Shown here one piece after another: positions 57,016 to 64,000 of a stretch of DNA of 64,000 nt (the stretch's first letter is position 1; each line of letters opens with the position of its first letter). The position numbers and the translations under genes were made by a program. Origin of the DNA: a virus (Duplodnaviria; Caudoviricetes). The stretch spans positions 68,000 through 131,999 of the IMG/VR virus record IMGVR_UViG_3300027509_000013; one strand, given 5' to 3'. The notes under the pieces are model-generated. The model worked only from the letters and a program-made list of their open reading frames with translations, did no database searches and was not told where the DNA came from.

Positions 57016-57740
57016 ACACAGTAGGACATTACATAGAAGCAGTAAGAAATTATGCTGAAGACCCTAGTGGGAAACCACAAGTGACATACGCCATTCCTCC
57101 AAGGATGGCTTATTTCTATTTAATGGTACAGGTAAATTCTTTGAAGTTTCAGTTTGAGCAAAACACTAAAAGAGACTTAGACAAGACTAATCCAACTGTT
57201 TATATCGAGTGTCAAGACATTTGTGAAGTTCCTATTAGTGATTGTCCAAACGGGCCGACAGACTGCACATGGTACATGTTAGAGAAGCCATTACCTAAGT
57301 TCCATGGAGTAATGCTAGATCATGTGTATATTTCGTATTCAGGTGGATGGAATGAGATTAATTACCGAAATCTAAAAGAATTTGGAAATAGAGAGAAGTC
57401 ATTTAGAAAATGGATATCAAATGCATCTGGATATACTATCAAGAACAAAGGTTCTGAGAGTTATTTAATGCTTCAGTTTGAAGATGATCGAATGCCGGAT
57501 AAGATCTCTTTTGGAGGTAAGTGGCCAGATCCGATAGAATTAACTGAATGGTTAGATGAGTCAGAAGAGATATGTGATTTAACGGAGCTGCCATGGGATA
57601 TAAGTCCAGAATATGAGGCGTTAGCTATTCAGAGAACTTATGATATGATCACATCGTTAATGAGAAGAATGGGAGAAGGAGATAATATTGCAGATGACGT
57701 AGATGGAAGTCATAAGCCAAGAGAACAATTAACGACGTGA
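57012..57740 (+). CDS. putative tail ring protein
   Basis: Size and synteny in crAss-like tail modules. Confidence 0.55.
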   Translation: MNTVGHYIEAVRNYAEDPSGKPQVTYAIPPRMAYFYLMVQVNSLKFQFEQNTKRDLDKTNPTVYIECQDICEVPISDCPNGPTDCTWYMLEKPLPKFHGVMLDHVYISYSGGWNEINYRNLKEFGNREKSFRKWISNASGYTIKNKGSESYLMLQFEDDRMPDKISFGGKWPDPIELTEWLDESEEICDLTELPWDISPEYEALAIQRTYDMITSLMRRMGEGDNIADDVDGSHKPREQLTT

Positions 57741-58315
57741 TAAATAAGGAAGAAGCATTTGATGTAATATTTGACAACTATGATCAGAATGGTCGACGAG
57801 AGTTGAGAGCTAGCACAGTTTTAAAAGACTATGTAGAAAATTATGAAGGAGAGAAAATAGGAACAAGTATCTTATTTTTATTTTTTGCGATGAATACTAT
57901 CGCTCGAATAATGCTTAGAATTATGCTTTACGATCGGGGAGTGTTTACGTTACCTGAAGGATTGGGAAGTATTTTTTTGTATAGGAAAGAGAGAAAATTT
58001 GTTCAGAAAGAGTATAAGAAATTTGAATACAGAGAGTCTCAAAGTGGAGGATTGGATTACAAGAAGAAATATTATCCAGTATCTGGTGTTTATAAGGTTT
58101 TGATCAGATTGTTTAATAAGAATGCAATAGTAACGAATATGACGATACTCAGTTACTATAAAGGTCCAACTACTCCATGGGTGCAGATGTATCGAGAGTA
58201 TAACGACTTACAAAGAAACCCAAGGGCACAAACTCCAAACGTAAGAGATTACGTTAGATATATACCAAGACACAGAAGGGAAAAGAATGATAAATCAAAG
58301 ATTGATCTCATATGA
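57737..58315 (+). CDS. HU/IHF-like protein
   Basis: FTLPEGLGSI motif; crAss-like tail-module position. Confidence 0.55.
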   Translation: MINKEEAFDVIFDNYDQNGRRELRASTVLKDYVENYEGEKIGTSILFLFFAMNTIARIMLRIMLYDRGVFTLPEGLGSIFLYRKERKFVQKEYKKFEYRESQSGGLDYKKKYYPVSGVYKVLIRLFNKNAIVTNMTILSYYKGPTTPWVQMYREYNDLQRNPRAQTPNVRDYVRYIPRHRREKNDKSKIDLI

Positions 58316-59318
58316 TGAAATAGCAGCAGAATCAGTAGCAATGATTCCGAAAGCTCATTTGGAAGCAGTTCCAAATTCAGATTTGATATTAAGGAAGGCA
58401 TATATGGGCTATGTTGAAAAAGTACTTCCCCCAGATCGACTTACTTATTTCTTTGATGTAATCCCAGTAAAAAACAAAAGAGCTAAAATTCCTAAAGGTG
58501 CTAAGAACCTTATAGGAGTATTTGGATGTGCTGATACTGATGCCAGTAGAGAGAAGTGCTGTGGCTTTAAAAAAGAAGTCGTAGCATATATGACTAAGAC
58601 TCATGATGACTGTGCATTTACAGTAATGAGAGATTGTGATGGTTGTGTAAAGAATGACTGTAACTCAGAGATAGTTATAGCAGCACAGAAATTCGAGCAG
58701 CAACTTGGGCCACATGATGAGAAGATGCTTTATCGAATGACTTGGGGAGCTCTCAAGGATGATAAGGGAGTATTTAGAAATACCTATTCTCCTAGATTCT
58801 GTGTGTTAAGACCTCGATCATCTAAGTTCTTTGATCTCAGCGCAAACGATTCTCATTTCAATTCATTAAATTTCAGATTACCATATCATACTAATGATGA
58901 GTTTGAATATGAGATTCAAAATGGAGAGTTTATCACTGGGTACAATGAAGGATATATTCTTTTAGCATATAGAGGCAATGTGTTTGATGAAATGGACATG
59001 GTTAAATTTCCGTACTTTGAAAGCTTAATTGAAGCTATTGAAGCAAGAATGTCTATGTTTATGTATCGAGCATTAAGAAGAATATTTTTGCACGACGGCG
59101 CATATAGAAATGAATACAGAGAAAGTAAACAAGAATTTAGGGAAGCTGATATGGATGCTCGAAGAGATTTGAGAGCAATATCGTATCAGAAAATCGTAGA
59201 CATAATTCAACGTCATGAATCGCGCAGATTTCACCCGGACACATTTTTGGATCATATTACTGCTAATTATCCTGATAGGATCTTGCAGTTCGAAGAAAGA
59301 ATACTTAGACATGAATAA
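58287..59318 (+). CDS. putative tail tubular/ring protein
   Basis: V.N.RA.IP and LAYRG...DE..M..FP pattern; synteny. Confidence 0.6.
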   Translation: MINQRLISYDEIAAESVAMIPKAHLEAVPNSDLILRKAYMGYVEKVLPPDRLTYFFDVIPVKNKRAKIPKGAKNLIGVFGCADTDASREKCCGFKKEVVAYMTKTHDDCAFTVMRDCDGCVKNDCNSEIVIAAQKFEQQLGPHDEKMLYRMTWGALKDDKGVFRNTYSPRFCVLRPRSSKFFDLSANDSHFNSLNFRLPYHTNDEFEYEIQNGEFITGYNEGYILLAYRGNVFDEMDMVKFPYFESLIEAIEARMSMFMYRALRRIFLHDGAYRNEYRESKQEFREADMDARRDLRAISYQKIVDIIQRHESRRFHPDTFLDHITANYPDRILQFEERILRHE

Positions 59319-62163
59319 TCCATTACTAGCAGCATTTAGAAAGTATGTAGGATCATCTTCATCTGACGATGTTGCTACTGCATCTATTGAAAATCCTGAC
59401 GCAACTACAACTGCCGTTAGAACGTCACCTATAAAAGATAAGTTTTACGAATTATCTAATGTAGACCCTGTATCCTTTGAGAAGTATAGAAGTGCTGTAA
59501 TCAATCACGAAACAGGAAATGCAGAAGATCCATATAGTACAGTTCAGAAAGTAAATAGAGATGGAGGTGTTGTTGCTGATGGACCAGGTAAGGGAGCATA
59601 CCAGTTTGAGGGGCCAAGTCTAATTACTGCAGCTAAGAAAGCATATGGAATAAGTAAAGACCCGATCTATAAAGATATCATTGATGGCAATATAACTGAT
59701 GCGACTCAATTGAGTCCAGATGTTCAAGATGATCTCTTTTTTGCTCATAATATGAAAAGAAGATACAATCAGGATTCGGGTGAATTCACTTATTATACTC
59801 CTGATAGTTTTTCTAATGTAGATTACGATGATGTAGATCAAGTAAGTGAACTCTGGCACAAAGAACATAATAAGTCTGGGAGATCAGATGTGTTGAAGAA
59901 CATGAAAAGAGATACAGCTAGATTGTATAATGATTTTGGTTCAGAAGATGCTGTAATTCCTAAGTATAGATTAGGAGGATTTGCTAGAGCAGCAGTAATG
60001 AGTGAGTATCGTAGATTAAGGTCTATGGATGAGTTTAATGATATGTCAGATGATGTGTTAATGAGCATGGCAGAAAATAACGCTTCTGCATCGATTAACC
60101 CAGGAGCTGTCAGAAGTGCATCAGGAGTTGTAGGTGGAGTATCAAATCTAGCTTTAAATACTCTTGGAGAAGAAGAAATAAGCAGTGAAGGAGCAGGTCT
60201 TCTAGGAGGTCTTGGAGCCGCAGGGCAAGCATTTAGTTCAGGAGCAGGTCCATTAGCGAGCCTAGGGTTAGGTTTGGGAGCAGGAGTATTGAATTACTTT
60301 AAGGACAAGCAAGCTGAAGAACAAAGGCTATTCAGTGATGAACTAACGGCACGACTTGATGGGTATAACATTGATGTTACTAATGATGGTATTGGCTTAG
60401 CAAGTGAGGGAGGAACTCCAGAGGATATTGAAAATAGATCAGATGCAAATACTTCTAGCTTAGCTCAATTAGAACAAGGAGAGGTGATTACCGATGCTTC
60501 TTCAAGAATATTCAAAGCAAAAGCAAACAAGCCTCATAAAGAAATGGGGAAAGATGAAGCAACTGATCGATTGAATGGAGACTTTTACATTCATCCAATA
60601 AAGGTTAAAACTCGAAAGAAAGATGCAGATTTAGTAGTAGGTTATAGTCCTGCTATCTATAATGAAGATGGGAAAAACTACAAGTTTCATCAAGTGTTAC
60701 TTGGAGATGAAGTAGGAGAAGATCCGGAACCAATTGCAGATAAAGTGAAGAGGTTGAAGACAAGGTATAAAGTGAGTAAAGATGCTTCTAGAATTGGATA
60801 TCTAATGGAGTTGACTAATTCAGAGAACATTGCTCATAGAACACCATTCATTAATAAGCTTAAAGCAATTAATGAAGAAAAGTTAGGAAATATCGATGAA
60901 GTTGATAATCCGAACTTTAAAATCCCTCAGTACGAGAAAGGTGGTAAGGCTCAGATACCTCAATTTAGCGAGGGTGGTGATGCAATAAAAGAAAGATATC
61001 GTCAGAAATATGGAGAGTCATATGATTTAGAGATGATTGAGGAAGGAGGCTTTGTAATTGTTTATGGTAAATTCAAGAACCAAGCTGGTGCAATGAAAGA
61101 GATTGCTAGAGAGCAAGTTCGAAAGCCAACGGCAGAAGCAAGTTCGATAGATTCTATTAATCCTGGTTTATCTTCTGAGTCCCGAAATCCAGTTTTAGAT
61201 GCAGAGTTAGCTACTACAACGCCAAGAACATCAGCTAACAGAGGATATCTAAACAGAAGAAAAAGAGTTAATAGAAGATTTGATGACAGAACAGATGAAG
61301 CTGTATTGGATATTGATAGACAGATTACTAGAGATTCAGAAGATTTAAGATTAGACTTGTTAGGTAATTTTGATCAATCAGATGCATTGATAACTGATTC
61401 AATGGACCAATTAGAGAATAGAGAAATAGAGCAAACTAATCTTAGAGACAATGATTTGGAATCTTTAGATTATTTAAGGGATCTTCAACAAAGAAGATTG
61501 GCCGCAACGGGAGTAGTTCGAGGTTTGGGGATTGCACTTCAGGATGAGAGAGAACTACCTAAAGTGATCAAGCCATTTAGACAAGAAGGAATATCTCCTA
61601 GAGAGATAAAAGCCCAGTCCGATGAATTAGTTAGTAGTAGTTTGAGAGTAGCAAAAGAGCTTCAAGATAATCCTAATGTAAATTCAGATAGATTAGAAGC
61701 AGCATTAGTTTCTAGAGTCATAGATGCAGCAGGAGATGTTAGATCGAAAGGTCAAATTTATAATACTGAGGTAAATGCAAAGAATGATGAAAGAGTAAAT
61801 ATCGCAGCTAATTCTAATGCAGCAAGTATTGTTGCAGCAGAAAACATAGAATCTACAAGAAAAAACCAGAAGATAGACGCAGCAGCTAACTTATTTACTA
61901 ATGTAGCATCTACGGCAAACAGAATTGATGTTACTACTGAAATGCAAAAGAACGCAACTAACAAAACTTTTGTTGAAAATATCAATGAATTAACTGCTCA
62001 AAGAAACGAGTTATCTTTACTTTTAGCTGAGAATCAAATTTCGAGAGCTGAATTTAAGCGGGAGTATGAAGCTTTGACTGAGCAGATCAAGCAAGAAGAG
62101 ATTAATAACGAACGAGCTAAATTGCAGGCTAAAAGAGAAAGAGCCTTAGAAAATGTAAACTAA
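59311..62163 (+). CDS. putative ejected virion protein with an N-terminal lysozyme-like domain
   Basis: HET...GKGAYQF...QD motif; Gly/Ala hydrophobic stretch; coiled coil. Confidence 0.7.
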   Translation: MNNPLLAAFRKYVGSSSSDDVATASIENPDATTTAVRTSPIKDKFYELSNVDPVSFEKYRSAVINHETGNAEDPYSTVQKVNRDGGVVADGPGKGAYQFEGPSLITAAKKAYGISKDPIYKDIIDGNITDATQLSPDVQDDLFFAHNMKRRYNQDSGEFTYYTPDSFSNVDYDDVDQVSELWHKEHNKSGRSDVLKNMKRDTARLYNDFGSEDAVIPKYRLGGFARAAVMSEYRRLRSMDEFNDMSDDVLMSMAENNASASINPGAVRSASGVVGGVSNLALNTLGEEEISSEGAGLLGGLGAAGQAFSSGAGPLASLGLGLGAGVLNYFKDKQAEEQRLFSDELTARLDGYNIDVTNDGIGLASEGGTPEDIENRSDANTSSLAQLEQGEVITDASSRIFKAKANKPHKEMGKDEATDRLNGDFYIHPIKVKTRKKDADLVVGYSPAIYNEDGKNYKFHQVLLGDEVGEDPEPIADKVKRLKTRYKVSKDASRIGYLMELTNSENIAHRTPFINKLKAINEEKLGNIDEVDNPNFKIPQYEKGGKAQIPQFSEGGDAIKERYRQKYGESYDLEMIEEGGFVIVYGKFKNQAGAMKEIAREQVRKPTAEASSIDSINPGLSSESRNPVLDAELATTTPRTSANRGYLNRRKRVNRRFDDRTDEAVLDIDRQITRDSEDLRLDLLGNFDQSDALITDSMDQLENREIEQTNLRDNDLESLDYLRDLQQRRLAATGVVRGLGIALQDERELPKVIKPFRQEGISPREIKAQSDELVSSSLRVAKELQDNPNVNSDRLEAALVSRVIDAAGDVRSKGQIYNTEVNAKNDERVNIAANSNAASIVAAENIESTRKNQKIDAAANLFTNVASTANRIDVTTEMQKNATNKTFVENINELTAQRNELSLLLAENQISRAEFKREYEALTEQIKQEEINNERAKLQAKRERALENVN

Positions 62164-62164
62164 G

Positions 62165-64000
62165 ATGGGTCAAGTATTTAATAGTAAGGAAAGTTTTAAG
62201 TCGGTTGATGCAAGATTCAATCCTGCAAAGAATGTAAGTACTATCCCTATTGATTCTCTAAGAAATTTAGCTGAAGCAGGGCAGGATAGAGCATTCGAGT
62301 CAATAGAAGAAATCGAGTCAAATTACGATACATACTCTAGAACAAGAGATGAATTACTTGCTATTGATACTGACAATGGAGCTCAAAGACAAGAGGTAGA
62401 TAGTCTTAAAACTAAATACGGACTTACAGATGAGTTTTTTGATTTCGATTTAAACAATATGCTCAATTCGTCTAAAGTAACTCACCTAGATGATTCTACT
62501 GATCGATTAATGGCAGATAGGAAGTTTAAGAGAATATTAAAAGAGCAGGCCTTAGCTGATCAATTCTTAGAAGGAGTCAGTTTAATCGAGACATCAAATC
62601 CTGCGTTGGCGGCCAAAGCTAGAGGTGACTTCATGCAGCAGTATGTAAATAAAGAGAGTAGGAATGCAAATGAGTTTGGATTCCCATTGGATATAGGAGC
62701 CTATGCAACGATAGATGTAGATGCTCAATTTCGGGCAAAGCTAGATGAGAAGTTCCAAAGTGAACCATTTATAGAAACTAAAATTGATGATAGTGGTCAA
62801 TTGATCATTGTCAATACTCGTACTGGCAAGCAGATAACAGATGAAGACTATGTTCAGATAATGGATGAAGTAGTTGGTGACCTGAGTGTTAATCAAGCAT
62901 TCAAAAACAACTGGGATGCGTATGTAGCTACAAATTCTGAAAGAGGTGGATTCACTGATGATGAAGCTAAAGCAAAGATCTATTCAGATTGGAAGTTGAG
63001 ATATGTAGATCCTAAGACAGTAGATGTAGCTGTAAGGGATAATAAAGCGAGGACTGCAGCAGCAGGCGGTGGCGCTGATGGTTTAACAGCTGATCAGAAA
63101 AATGCAAATAGTGCTTTACAAGCATTGAGGGCATTGAATGAGGGTTATCATGTTCCAGATAGTTTTGCATTTTTAGCTCCTATTATTCTTAGTGGTAAAG
63201 CAAGTATAAATACTCCTATAGATGATGGGAATAAGAGAAGTATTACATATAATGATGTAGCATCAGGAAACACAAATACTATTGTGATTTACAAAGATGG
63301 ATCTCCTGAAGCATTAAATCAACAAGCAGCATCTCAGGGTAATTCAGGTCAAACAGCATTGGCACCAACAATCCAAGGAGGAATACAGGAGGTGCCTGGA
63401 ACGGTTTTGACTCCTGAGAATACATCTGACATTGATGGGAACCCACTTGGAGGAAAGAAAACTGTTACTCCTACAACATTTGCTGAACTGGATATAGAAT
63501 CTCAATTGGAATTAGTTGACGCTGATTCTGTTTCAACTAATAATCCATTACTGGTTGACATTGGTGATTTTGATAATCTTGGTGCCGAAACACTACTTGG
63601 AGTTGATGAAGATGGATTCCCAGTAGTATCATTAGAGCAACAAGCAAATTTACCTGAGCAAGAAGAAGAGTTAGAAGAAGAGGTTGTCGAGGAATCTCCG
63701 ATTGATGAATTAAGTGACGTTGAACAATTTATAGAAAGTAATGATCTGAAAGGTGATATACTTCAGAGCGGAGAAGTAATTACTGAGGTGAACATGGAAA
63801 ACGGTGTTGTTCGAATTGATACATTAAATCCTGAAACACAAGCTACAGACACTAGAGAATTAGATGTTAATACAAATAGAGGTAGAGAGGCATTTGAAAC
63901 ATTGACTAAGAATTTAGAAAATACTGATGATTTTATTCCTGAAGAAAGAGAAGTTAGTGTTGATGAGTTCTTCCAGAATTTTAGTGAAGATGATTTAATC
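62165..64000 (+). CDS. large putative internal virion protein (runs off the window)
   Basis: ATG GGT CAA... starts 1 nt after the previous stop; first ~45 codons read by hand and open; presumed to continue to the window end. Confidence 0.75.
   Translation, partial: MGQVFNSKESFKSVDARFNPAKNVSTIPIDSLRNLAEAGQDRAFESIEEIESNYDTYSRTRDELLAIDTDNGAQRQEVDSLKTKYGLTDEFFDFDLNNMLNSSKVTHLDDSTDRLMADRKFKRILKEQALADQFLEGVSLIETSNPALAAKARGDFMQQYVNKESRNANEFGFPLDIGAYATIDVDAQFRAKLDEKFQSEPFIETKIDDSGQLIIVNTRTGKQITDEDYVQIMDEVVGDLSVNQAFKNNWDAYVATNSERGGFTDDEAKAKIYSDWKLRYVDPKTVDVAVRDNKARTAAAGGGADGLTADQKNANSALQALRALNEGYHVPDSFAFLAPIILSGKASINTPIDDGNKRSITYNDVASGNTNTIVIYKDGSPEALNQQAASQGNSGQTALAPTIQGGIQEVPGTVLTPENTSDIDGNPLGGKKTVTPTTFAELDIESQLELVDADSVSTNNPLLVDIGDFDNLGAETLLGVDEDGFPVVSLEQQANLPEQEEELEEEVVEESPIDELSDVEQFIESNDLKGDILQSGEVITEVNMENGVVRIDTLNPETQATDTRELDVNTNRGREAFETLTKNLENTDDFIPEEREVSVDEFFQNFSEDDLI

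Noticed and set aside
22364-62163. Stop-codon reassignment as seen in some crAss-like phages
   Set aside because: Long genes are intact in code 11; TAG and TGA end genes at sensible positions; no CTA or TCA suppressor tRNA was found.

Overview
This is a 64-kb segment of a large AT-rich dsDNA phage of the Crassvirales (crAss-like) type, probably infecting an environmental Bacteroidota host: it has TAnnTTTG promoter motifs and uses standard code 11. The left ~17.5 kb holds small, mostly minus-strand genes (HAD phosphatase, DNA methyltransferase, RNase H, HNH and PD-(D/E)xK nucleases) and 24 tRNA genes covering all 20 amino acids. The right ~46 kb is plus-strand: TnpB, RuvC, terminase, portal, scaffold-like protein, major capsid, a ~22-kb block of very Cys-rich fibre/decoration proteins, a vanadium haloperoxidase/PAP2-type enzyme, an M43 protease, an amidase, and tail and ejection proteins. 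Main finding: each of the four tRNA operons is preceded by a promoter, a 19-26-codon leader peptide and an intrinsic terminator. The leader codons match the tRNAs of that operon (QQRHPR -> Gln/Arg/His/Pro; KKWFCF -> Lys/Trp/Phe/Cys; IITNINITIVAGGDDT -> Ile/Thr/Asn/Val/Ala/Gly/Asp; SSLSSLLYLS -> Ser/Leu/Tyr). Each leader 3' end can also pair with the 5' arm of its terminator. This looks like ribosome-mediated attenuation that turns on phage tRNA sets only when the matching host tRNAs are depleted. Other oddities are three D-armless tRNAs sharing a rearranged architecture, a circularly permuted tRNA-like RNA with a hexamer-repeat 5' region, and several other tRNA-like or structured RNAs. All assignments come from reading the sequence and motifs; no searches were run.
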